Sequence record: NC_005260.1
Strand: one strand, 5' to 3'
Length of the DNA stretch: 64,000 nt
Numbering within the stretch: the first letter of the stretch is position 1; the number at the start of each line of letters is the position of its first letter. The position numbers and the translations under genes were made by a program. The notes under the pieces are model-generated. The model was not told the origin of the DNA, searched no databases, and was given only the letters and a program-made list of their open reading frames with translations. Positions 52,821-60,837 of the stretch are shown here, one piece after another.

Positions 52821-52879
52821 CCAGTCCGGATCTCTTCTCGTATAAATTGGACTTTATGGGATTTGTCAGATCCGACTGG
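52821..52879 (-). ncRNA. candidate stem/large-loop RNA
   Basis: CCAGTC-GGATCT / AGATCC-G-GACTGG enclosing an A-rich loop. Confidence 0.5.
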
Positions 52880-52906
52880 ACTTTTTCTTTTGTGTAAAAC
52901 ACATTG

Positions 52907-53008
52907 TCCGGGTGGCGGGACTCGAACCCACAACCCACTGCTTCTTCTGTACTCTCGTTAGAAAGCACAGGAGAAGGCAGATGCGCTATCCTGTTGCGCC
53001 ACACCCGG
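52907..53008 (-). tRNA. tRNA-Arg(TCT)-like gene with a 28-nt insertion in the anticodon loop
   Basis: CCGGGTG/CACCCGG, GCGC D stem, CTGC-CTTCT[28 nt]AA-GCAG, T arm; no CCA, 7-bp acceptor extension. Confidence 0.7.
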
Positions 53009-53032
53009 ACAATGTGTTCTAATAGACTGGAA

Positions 53033-53527
53033 TCAAGGACTCCAGTCAAAATTTAAATCTTCCGTGTATTCTTCAAGTATACACAGCTTGTAATCGATTG
53101 TAAAGCTTTTTGGCAAAACAAAATCAGGACCAACATCATAACTAGCGGTAATGTGTGGATGATAGTCAGGATAATCATGAGTTGCCCCATGCTTTTCTCT
53201 GATCTCTTTGTGTCTAGCACCAAACCATGGGTCGGTCAACTTGAGCACAAGAGCACGTTTGCCGCTTTGAGTTTCAAAGATATCAGGTATCATGACTCCT
53301 TGCAACACTTTATCGATCTTACCGCTTGCTTGAAACTCAGGCAAGTATTTTCTTGAGTAGACCAACGTGGTATGCATTTTGTCATAGGGGACAAGATTAG
53401 GTATCCCCATTTCTCTGCATCTTCGAACAATTGCCATTGCAGTGCGCGGCTTATACCGTACTGCTACGTAAGTGCCGCGCGTGTCTTGCTTAGTCGCTTC
53501 TGTGAATTCAGAAAACGACTTTAACAT
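53033..53527 (-). CDS. 57B: gp57B, 2H phosphoesterase (anti-CBASS Acb1 family)
   Basis: GTYVAV, KMHTTLVYSR, HDYPDYHPHITASY; position next to 57A. Confidence 0.9.
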   Translation of the reverse strand: MLKSFSEFTEATKQDTRGTYVAVRYKPRTAMAIVRRCREMGIPNLVPYDKMHTTLVYSRKYLPEFQASGKIDKVLQGVMIPDIFETQSGKRALVLKLTDPWFGARHKEIREKHGATHDYPDYHPHITASYDVGPDFVLPKSFTIDYKLCILEEYTEDLNFDWSP

Positions 53528-53760
53528 TACTCGGTTACCAGCTCGCCGTCAACTGCTTTCGGAGCTTTCAGATCAGCGATTGCTTTCAGATAAGCTTCCG
53601 GTTGAGAAGCGTCTTCGCCTACCAGGCCCAGTTCTTTAGCCAGTTGAGCAAAGAAACCCTGATAAAACTCAGTTTCTTGAGTACGGGCTTCTTGGGCATC
53701 AAACAGACGAACTTTCAGGGTGTTCAGTTGCGCTTGCAGTTGTTGAACTTGTTCTTGCAT
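53527..53760 (-). CDS. 57A: gp57A tail-fibre chaperone
   Basis: LNTLKVRLFDAQE coiled coil; synteny. Confidence 0.85.
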   Translation of the reverse strand: MQEQVQQLQAQLNTLKVRLFDAQEARTQETEFYQGFFAQLAKELGLVGEDASQPEAYLKAIADLKAPKAVDGELVTE

Positions 53761-54413
53761 TTCAATTCCTTATATGTTGTTAATACTTGATCACTAAGTG
53801 CCGCTAATGTCGCGTCATTGTGAATTATTGGTTCATGTTCTAGCGGAGTTAGTCCCCGCTCTGTGATGTGATTATCACACAGATTAGTGTCGCGATAAAC
53901 AAACATCATTTTCCCGAACTCTCGAACAAACTCGATTTCGTGAGTCTGTCTAATGTCTGGGATAATTATATCTTTATTTAGTGACTTTTTCATTAGAGGC
54001 AATAGCCAATAGTTCTTATTGACTGATACCATAATGTCAGTTCCCAGAGTCTGCATCATTCTTCGAATTGTCCACGGCTCGTTGTAATCAAGACTTTCAA
54101 TGATCTTGGTTACTTCCGTATATTCGGCGATGGATATTTTATTATAAGACAAATGCAGCCAACGTAAGCACTCTCGTATCATTTCAATATCAACCAGAAA
54201 TAGATCTTCATCACGATTGACGGTTGTTTTACCATCAAAGTCGTCAAATGTTAATCCGAGTTGTCTACCAATACCGAAGTCTAATGCGAGTTTGATTGGA
54301 AACGCGAGTGAATAAATCTCGGCATTGCCTCCCTGTTCAACTTCGTAATTTCTAATGAAACGAGCGGCAGTATCTTTGCCGCTTCGTTTTTTACCGTGAA
54401 TACCAATTAACAT
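53724..54413 (-). CDS. 1: gp1 deoxynucleoside monophosphate kinase
   Basis: MLIGIHGKKRSGKDT, RRMMQTLGTD, IPDIRQTHE; start at 54413. Confidence 0.9.
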   Translation of the reverse strand: MLIGIHGKKRSGKDTAARFIRNYEVEQGGNAEIYSLAFPIKLALDFGIGRQLGLTFDDFDGKTTVNRDEDLFLVDIEMIRECLRWLHLSYNKISIAEYTEVTKIIESLDYNEPWTIRRMMQTLGTDIMVSVNKNYWLLPLMKKSLNKDIIIPDIRQTHEIEFVREFGKMMFVYRDTNLCDNHITERGLTPLEHEPIIHNDATLAALSDQVLTTYKELKCKNKFNNCKRN

Positions 54414-54420
54414 AGTTACC

Positions 54421-54990
54421 TTATGCGTGTGAATAGAATGGATGTAATTTAGGCACACTGCCATTTGATCCAGCGACATAAGGACGTATTTCTACACCGT
54501 CTTTTTCAATGACGAATGACTTATACATAAACTGAACAGGAAGAACTATCGGAGTATTACTTTCATCGGTGTACGTAAATTCTACCTCACCTAGATTAGA
54601 CGGCCAAGCGTCGATAAACTTGAATGTAAGAACGATCTTCTTCTTGGAGTTATCCAAAACGTGGAGCAGCAGTGTTCTAGGAACAGTGCCGTCAATTTGT
54701 GCAGTGCTGTTTAACTTTGCATAGTCTACCACAGATAACATCCACTTGTAAACTTCCACGTATGCGCTTAGGTGTTCATCAAGTAACACACGGATGTTAA
54801 GCGGTTCAAAGTCAACTGCGGTGCCGGGTATTTTCCCAACTGTCATTGGGTTAATAGGTATTTCAATCGGATTTATATTAATTCCAGGGATGCTCAATCC
54901 CTGGACTGCCATTTCAAATGCAACTGTGCCACCCGTGTCTGGAATATCCAGTCGGAAGTTCGTTACGTGAGCTGGATTACTATGTATCAT
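54421..54990 (-). CDS. 3: gp3 tail completion / tube terminator
   Basis: TNFRLDIP, SIPGI, FEPLNIRVLLDE, FIDAWPSNLGEVEF. Confidence 0.85.
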   Translation of the reverse strand: MIHSNPAHVTNFRLDIPDTGGTVAFEMAVQGLSIPGININPIEIPINPMTVGKIPGTAVDFEPLNIRVLLDEHLSAYVEVYKWMLSVVDYAKLNSTAQIDGTVPRTLLLHVLDNSKKKIVLTFKFIDAWPSNLGEVEFTYTDESNTPIVLPVQFMYKSFVIEKDGVEIRPYVAGSNGSVPKLHPFYSHA

Positions 54991-56834
54991 CTATTTTGCA
55001 TCCCATGTGGTGTTGTGTTTGAATATGCATGATCAGACGGGAACGCAAACGAGCTGGTATAAATGCTAGTATTGCTGTTATTGACGTTGTTTGTCATAGC
55101 CATTCTAGATTGCATAGCCGTAGCGTCTCGTTGTCTATCACGCTCCTGCTTCTCTGCCTCGGCGCGTTTCAAATTCTCTCCACTCGATTCAACAGCAGCA
55201 CTTTCTGGTGCCATACCGCTTTGAATATTAGCAACCGGAGACAGTTTCTCTTTCAGTGCATTACCGGCGTTGCTTACCATTTCAGAGACTTTACCGTCGG
55301 TAGCATAATCCGCGATATCATATAGATCACTCAATAACAAAGCGGTACCAACAAACGGAATAAACTTAGTCGCAACTCTACCAACAACTTTAGCAGCTCC
55401 AGTCAATGCAGCTTTGCCACCAAGTCTCTCCATAATACCCTTAGTGCCTGCGGCAGCAGCTTTTTGTCCGGCTTTACCTTCAACAGTTTCAGCAGCTTCA
55501 CCGAGAGCTTTACCTGGCTTCATTTCGACGTCAGGTGTTTTACCAGGCTCAATAGTTGGCTTAGGCTTTCCGTTTACATCAACATCAACATTAGGTCTAG
55601 GCTTTCCTTTCGCATCAACGTCTGTAGTCGGCTTTTTGCCGTCGATATCAGGCTTGGGTTTTTTGCCGTCAACATCAACACTAGGCTTAGGCTTTTTGAA
55701 TCCAGGGAAAGCTTTTTCGAATAATGATCCAAGCGACGACTTGATTGCACTAGCGAATTTAATTGCTAGTCCTCCTAGAGTAGTAATCAACAGGCCAAAT
55801 CGAGAGAATAATCCAGCGCCTAGACTCGATAGACTACCGAGTAAACCACCGAACATTTTCATGATGCCGCCAATCAAGATCATTTTTCCCAAGTCTTTCA
55901 GTGTGCCGATCAAAGTCTTGTGACGCTTGTCATTCTCGCCACGCTCCTTCTTATTTTCACCACGTTCTTGACGTTGCTCTTGATTGTCTTTCTTTGTCTG
56001 ATCTTCGGCGTTTACATCTTCACCTGTTTGAACTTCTCTAGATGCTTGGAATTTACTAATCTCTTTCTCCTTGAGACGTTCAAATCTATTTTCCTTTATC
56101 TTCTCTACGCCTTTGCTACCGACAAACTTAGCAAATTTGGTGCCCTTACTAGCGACTGTATTCACCGCGGATTTTGCAATCCCATATCCAGGAATATCTT
56201 TGAACAAAGCGGATTCGATACCGCTTGCCATTTGACCAAATGCACCACTCGCGGTTTCTTTGATTGTTGATAATGATTCTTTGATAAAGTTGTCGGCAGA
56301 TTTACGAATAAATCCCTTGTTATTTTCGCGCTCCTGCTTATCTGCTTTCTTCTTGTCCTCATACTCCTTTCGACTTGTCAATCCTTTGTCTTTGAGAAAC
56401 TTTTTCAACTCCGCATCCACATCCGGTTTTGTTTCCGGTGCTGGTGCTGGACTTGGTGTGTCTCCGGTCGGAACGTCAGTCTGTGCGGCAGCATTAGCCG
56501 CTTGTTCAGAATACCGAACAATCGGACTCTGACTTGCTATTTTGTTTTCTAGCTCCGTTCTACGCTGTAATGCCTTTTGATATTCGTCCTCAATTTGAGT
56601 GCTATTTCGCTGTGAGTAGGCAACCGTGTCCATATAATCGGTAGCACGTTCGGTTGCCTTGACTTTAGCTGATATAGACTTAACAAGCGTATCTTCCGCT
56701 TTCGCGACGTCGAGACTGGAATCGGTAGTCATATCGAATGCCGTTTCTAGATCCCTTGCTTGTTTTTTGGTATCATCAAGTTGTACAGCGAGCTTTAAAC
56801 TAGAGTCTTCAAGTATTTCGTTTGCTTCTTTCAC
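54987..56834 (-). CDS. gp29-like baseplate hub / tape-measure protein
   Basis: 615 aa, helical low-complexity, hydrophobic Gly-rich middle, directly downstream of the chaperone-like gene 26. Confidence 0.55.
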   Translation of the reverse strand: MKEANEILEDSSLKLAVQLDDTKKQARDLETAFDMTTDSSLDVAKAEDTLVKSISAKVKATERATDYMDTVAYSQRNSTQIEDEYQKALQRRTELENKIASQSPIVRYSEQAANAAAQTDVPTGDTPSPAPAPETKPDVDAELKKFLKDKGLTSRKEYEDKKKADKQERENNKGFIRKSADNFIKESLSTIKETASGAFGQMASGIESALFKDIPGYGIAKSAVNTVASKGTKFAKFVGSKGVEKIKENRFERLKEKEISKFQASREVQTGEDVNAEDQTKKDNQEQRQERGENKKERGENDKRHKTLIGTLKDLGKMILIGGIMKMFGGLLGSLSSLGAGLFSRFGLLITTLGGLAIKFASAIKSSLGSLFEKAFPGFKKPKPSVDVDGKKPKPDIDGKKPTTDVDAKGKPRPNVDVDVNGKPKPTIEPGKTPDVEMKPGKALGEAAETVEGKAGQKAAAAGTKGIMERLGGKAALTGAAKVVGRVATKFIPFVGTALLLSDLYDIADYATDGKVSEMVSNAGNALKEKLSPVANIQSGMAPESAAVESSGENLKRAEAEKQERDRQRDATAMQSRMAMTNNVNNSNTSIYTSSFAFPSDHAYSNTTPHGMQNR

Positions 56835-57013
56835 GACTCACTAGCCTCCTTAGCTCGTTTATTTCTGTCATTAATGAATAGAGTACGATAAATGGCACGT
56901 TCGAAGGGAGTGGTAGTTTCCAATTCTTCAATCGTCCAACCCTCTTTGTGCATTTCGTAATTTACGTTGAATAAGTCGTAAACCGAATCATTGACGAGGG
57001 TCAGTCGAAAAAA
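56831..57013 (-). CDS. gp51-like C-terminal module, probably reached by -1 frameshift from gene 26
   Basis: Open -1 frame FFRLTLVNDSVYDLFNVNYEMHKEGWTIEELETTTPFERAIYRTLFINDRNKRAKEASES; slippery T TTT TTC at 57013-57007. Confidence 0.65.
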   Translation of the reverse strand, partial: FFRLTLVNDSVYDLFNVNYEMHKEGWTIEELETTTPFERAIYRTLFINDRNKRAKEASES

Positions 57014-57777
57014 TCGGAGAGTCCTCGCAGAATAACCGGCTCAGAATGTCCACACACAGGACACTTGACAGCTAATTCCATTGTAGTCTGAGGAATATCA
57101 TTCACAAACTTAGCCATTTTCTCATATCCGTCTTTGTCCAGATAATCCAATAGCTCGATCAGTTCCTCATGCTTAATATCTTCACCGACTCGCATTACGT
57201 CTCCGTTTAAGTGAACTTCCTCAACACAGCGCATTGTGATATCAAACAAATCAGATTCTTTTTCTACGTCAAAGAATTCGGATTCATATACGGTCGGATA
57301 ACGCATCTTGATTGATAGCTTATCGCTGACTTTGATCATACTTTCTGGGACGCGGGACAATTTAGCGCGGCGCAGATCAGCGTTGATTTTAATTTGAGTT
57401 GAGCACTGGTGTTGCACTTGAACTCCATTGAACATCACAGGATTGCCTTCTTCATCAACACTGTCAACCATATTCTGACAGATAAACGCAACAGGAACAA
57501 CTGAGGTGCCCTTGGAGAGCTTCCACACAGCTAGATAGATCGTCTCTATGTCGAAAATTGGAAGCGTCTCCAAATCGATTCCAGCCGTGTCAATCACGCA
57601 GTTCTTGAGAACTTGAATCATCGCTTCTTCCATAGACGACTCGCTTTCATGAGCCAACATCAAGATCTTATATTCTTTTACCAAGAATGCACGAACTCGA
57701 ACTTTCTTACCGTTTGACAGCTTGACGCTTGATTGTTGAACAGCTTCAAGAAGCATGTCCCTTGTAAACTTTGCCAT
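57001..57777 (-). CDS. 26: gp26 baseplate hub assembly protein
   Basis: VRAFLVKEYK, KMRYP, KCPVCG...LRGLSDFF; TATAAATA at 57800-57807. Confidence 0.85.
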   Translation of the reverse strand: MAKFTRDMLLEAVQQSSVKLSNGKKVRVRAFLVKEYKILMLAHESESSMEEAMIQVLKNCVIDTAGIDLETLPIFDIETIYLAVWKLSKGTSVVPVAFICQNMVDSVDEEGNPVMFNGVQVQHQCSTQIKINADLRRAKLSRVPESMIKVSDKLSIKMRYPTVYESEFFDVEKESDLFDITMRCVEEVHLNGDVMRVGEDIKHEELIELLDYLDKDGYEKMAKFVNDIPQTTMELAVKCPVCGHSEPVILRGLSDFFD

Positions 57778-57938
57778 TAAAAACTCCTTTAGTTAATCTT
57801 ATTTATAGAAACGCTCGCAAACTTCACCAATCGAATGGAGAAGCGATTCGAACTACCTATAGTACGAACGTATCAGTTAGGTAACAAATCGATTATAGAG
57901 CATTCCATATAGATAGTAATCAAGCAGGCGAGTCGATA

Positions 57939-58070
57939 GACTGCGGCGCAGCCGCTCAATTGTTACTACCTAGTTATAAAAAGACAAAATAAAATCTCTT
58001 ATAGATCTTTAATGAGAATCTATTTTGTCTTCTTCAATGAAATCAATAAGTTAGCTCACTACGTTCGCGA
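57939..58070. repeat. dispersed palindromic repeat, copy 2
   Basis: 51-bp core 57981-58031. Confidence 0.9.
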
Positions 58071-58130
58071 TCTTGCGATCATTGATTTCTGGAAGAGACT
58101 ACTTTATGAACTAATGTAAACAGTCGCTAG

Positions 58131-58241
58131 ACTGCGGCGTAGCCGCTAGAAAGACAAAATAAAATCTCTTATAGATCTTTAATGAGAATCTATCTTGTCT
58201 TTTTCAATTAAATCAATAAGTTAGCTCGCTACGCTCGCAAT
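58131..58241. repeat. dispersed palindromic repeat, copy 3
   Basis: 51-bp core 58151-58201, 170 bp from copy 2. Confidence 0.9.
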
Positions 58242-58282
58242 CTTACGATAGTTTACTGACTGGTACTTGCATCATATAATGA

Positions 58283-59278
58283 TTATGCATTTCTGATACC
58301 GCGTACCATTCCCTTAGCTCTGTTATAGAACGACTCAACCGAGTTGATCAAATTATCTTTACCGGCATGTTCGGCATGAATCATTGTGCTGACTGTAAAT
58401 TCAACCTCAAATGTCGCTACTTGGTTGTTATTCTCAAAGTCTAGTTGAACTTCACCAACTCGGGTAGGGAAACATCCGTCACTGTGAACAACGGAAGTCA
58501 TTACTCCGCGTCTGTTTAGTGTCACGATATCGATATCTCTTGCGTAATTGCTATAAAAGCCAAATGTACCCTTCTTCGGATTATGAATAGAGTTCATCCA
58601 AGTTAAAAACCAAATGCGCTCCGCATAATCGGAAGAGCAATAAAATGTCATTCTAATTGGGTCAACTGTTCTATTTCGAACTTCCGTAAACGGTTTTCGT
58701 TCGTTATAGTTTGTTTGAGTGTCGAAACTCACACCCGGTAAATTAACAGACTTGACCATTAATGCCAGATCACGGTTGACGTCATAATCAGATCCCAAGA
58801 ATCCGTCTAGTAATTCACCTGCACCAGGAATCATTCTCACTAGCGTTGGGTCAATCGCTCCCATAATATTCTTGATCTTCGGACTCAATAACTTTTTGCC
58901 CTGATTCATCGCTATATCCTGAATACGATGCCACTGAAAACTTGTACCACCGAAGAATCCACCGGTTGACTTGTTGATCGCATCACCAATCCCACCAATT
59001 GTCTCGCCTAGTGGACCCAAATGTCCCAAAATACCGTCCGCGGAAGCAACGGATTTAAAATCACCAAATCGAACAAGAAACGTATTTGCTCTTGCCAAAT
59101 CTTTATTCTCAATCACTCGCATAAAACGCGCAAAGTCCGGAGTTGAATTCGGATCATCTGCTAATCTATCTGCAATATAATCAATGCCGTCCGATAATGC
59201 CGTACTCGCCATCCCAGGAATTTTACCAGGAATCTCTTTGATATAATTCGCGGCAGTATCCATTAAACTTAAACCCAT
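58283..59278 (-). CDS. 54: gp54 baseplate tail-tube initiator
   Basis: LARANTFLVRF, MVKSVNLPG, FPTRVGEVQLDFENNNQV. Confidence 0.8.
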   Translation of the reverse strand: MGLSLMDTAANYIKEIPGKIPGMASTALSDGIDYIADRLADDPNSTPDFARFMRVIENKDLARANTFLVRFGDFKSVASADGILGHLGPLGETIGGIGDAINKSTGGFFGGTSFQWHRIQDIAMNQGKKLLSPKIKNIMGAIDPTLVRMIPGAGELLDGFLGSDYDVNRDLALMVKSVNLPGVSFDTQTNYNERKPFTEVRNRTVDPIRMTFYCSSDYAERIWFLTWMNSIHNPKKGTFGFYSNYARDIDIVTLNRRGVMTSVVHSDGCFPTRVGEVQLDFENNNQVATFEVEFTVSTMIHAEHAGKDNLINSVESFYNRAKGMVRGIRNA

Positions 59279-59326
59279 TTTAATTCTCCAAATAGTAAAA
59301 AGGCGGCATTCGCCGCCTTGTGTAAA

Positions 59327-60325
59327 TTAATAACTCTTCCAAACTTTTTGTGCACCAAACGATTTGCTCTGAGGACCAGATACAAATTTCTGAGTCGGTA
59401 AGAACACAGCATTCACCCAGTCTTGTGGCTTGATCTCAATCATGCCGCCTTTGATTCTCTGAGGAATATATGCCTTGATCATGTGCTCCGCACCACGCAT
59501 CGATTTAACTTTGTCCCAGTTAATCTTTAGTGTCGTCTTGTTTGTGATACGATCTGTGCTCGCATATTTCAGCAACTCTTCCAAGAAATCTTTTCTTGCT
59601 TTTGGCGGAATATAGTGCAAGTTCAAACCCATCATCAATCCAGGATATCTCAGACTCGGTCCCAGATATACAATAAGAGGATATACATCCCAATACGGTA
59701 GCGTGTCTTTATGCTTCGCGTCGTAGATATAGGTATACAATTTCCCAATCTGAGGTTTATTCGGTCTAAATCCTCGAACGTTTTTCTTGATAACATCGCT
59801 AAACCACTCAGCCGATTTCTTCTCATTCTTTTGAATGGAATCGCGAGTTCTTGCCTTGACTTGAGCATTAAAATCCTGTTTCAGTAGATCGTATTTCTGT
59901 TTCGCGCTCAACTTGGATTTATTTTTCATGCTATCTTCCAGATTCTTCTTGATGATAATATCATCCCTGAATTTTCTGAAAGCACGGCTCATAGTCTCTT
60001 TGTTGAGTTTCTTATCATCGGCGAACTGAGAAATGGAAATACCTTTGTCTTTAGCCCTTAGATAAGCAACACCAAGCTCTACCCATTGCGCTTTGTTCTT
60101 GTTCGGATTAATCGCGCTGTAATATTCCTTGATGTCGTCTTTGTAACGACGCATAGCGCGGCCAAACGTCTCGTATTTTAATCCGTTATCGTCTGCGAAC
60201 TTCTTGACAGTCAAACTTGGATTCTTTTTCTTTGCGTCGAGAAACTTAACGCCGACGTCGATCCATGCTTTCTTATTACGCTTTTCAGCCGGAGTTTCCG
60301 GAATCTGAACTTCCTCAAATATCAT
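59327..60325 (-). CDS. 2: gp2 DNA end protector
   Basis: YDAKHKDTLPYWDVYPLIVYL, GLNLHYIPP, IKAYI. Confidence 0.9.
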   Translation of the reverse strand: MIFEEVQIPETPAEKRNKKAWIDVGVKFLDAKKKNPSLTVKKFADDNGLKYETFGRAMRRYKDDIKEYYSAINPNKNKAQWVELGVAYLRAKDKGISISQFADDKKLNKETMSRAFRKFRDDIIIKKNLEDSMKNKSKLSAKQKYDLLKQDFNAQVKARTRDSIQKNEKKSAEWFSDVIKKNVRGFRPNKPQIGKLYTYIYDAKHKDTLPYWDVYPLIVYLGPSLRYPGLMMGLNLHYIPPKARKDFLEELLKYASTDRITNKTTLKINWDKVKSMRGAEHMIKAYIPQRIKGGMIEIKPQDWVNAVFLPTQKFVSGPQSKSFGAQKVWKSY

Positions 60326-60785
60326 CTTTCACTCCCTTAAAGCCCATTCGCTTTAGTGTGTCTTCGGTGATTATATTAAATCTCCACCCTTTTTGTTCGC
60401 ATACTTTGATTGCAGCTTTCCATTTTGACGTATTAACGCCCCATGTATATACTTCCTGTGCGAATCTCTTTTTCGCTGCTGCTGTATTTCGATTCGGCAT
60501 CTGCGGAGGCATTGTTTCTTTGCGAGGCTTAACTTCCCAAAGTGAAATGCTGCCATTTTTCCAGCACACAGTCATGTCCATGAAGTATCGTCTTTTCTTT
60601 CCGTCTGCTTCTGAGAAATAAGGAATAACCGTTTCTTCCGAATTCCACCATTTGACTTCTGGGTTTCTGTCAAGCATTTTCATGATGAAAAGCTCCCAGC
60701 TACTCCGATACGTGATCTTGGAGGCATCGCCTCTGTATTTTTCTTTGTTTTCAGGCACAAACTTGCCTTTATATGTTTCTGCCAT
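60315..60785 (-). CDS. 4: gp4 head completion nuclease
   Basis: YKGKFVPENKEKYRGD, YRSSWE, WNSEETVIPY, RRYFMD, EVKP. Confidence 0.92.
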   Translation of the reverse strand: MAETYKGKFVPENKEKYRGDASKITYRSSWELFIMKMLDRNPEVKWWNSEETVIPYFSEADGKKRRYFMDMTVCWKNGSISLWEVKPRKETMPPQMPNRNTAAAKKRFAQEVYTWGVNTSKWKAAIKVCEQKGWRFNIITEDTLKRMGFKGVKDDI

Positions 60786-60803
60786 AATGAACTCCTTTAA
60801 CTG

Positions 60804-60817
60804 TATTTAGCTAAATA
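60804..60817. promoter_or_regulatory. back-to-back late promoters (TATTTAG|CTAAATA palindrome)
   Basis: Between divergent genes 4 and 48. Confidence 0.7.
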
Positions 60818-60837
60818 ATCATAAAAGGAGCTTAATA

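Noticed and set aside
55540-55700. KP/DVD repeats in the gp29-like protein
   Set aside because: Ordinary low-complexity linker with no precise DNA periodicity
537-56844. Numerous plus-strand ORFs of 60-320 aa (e.g. 17550..18521, 19103..19825, 37312..38244)
   Set aside because: Antisense shadows of well-formed minus-strand genes; no RBS or recognisable motifs
27962-58241. CRISPR array or IS ends for the 51-bp-core repeat
   Set aside because: Only three copies, no regular unique spacers, no cas or transposase genes, no target duplications
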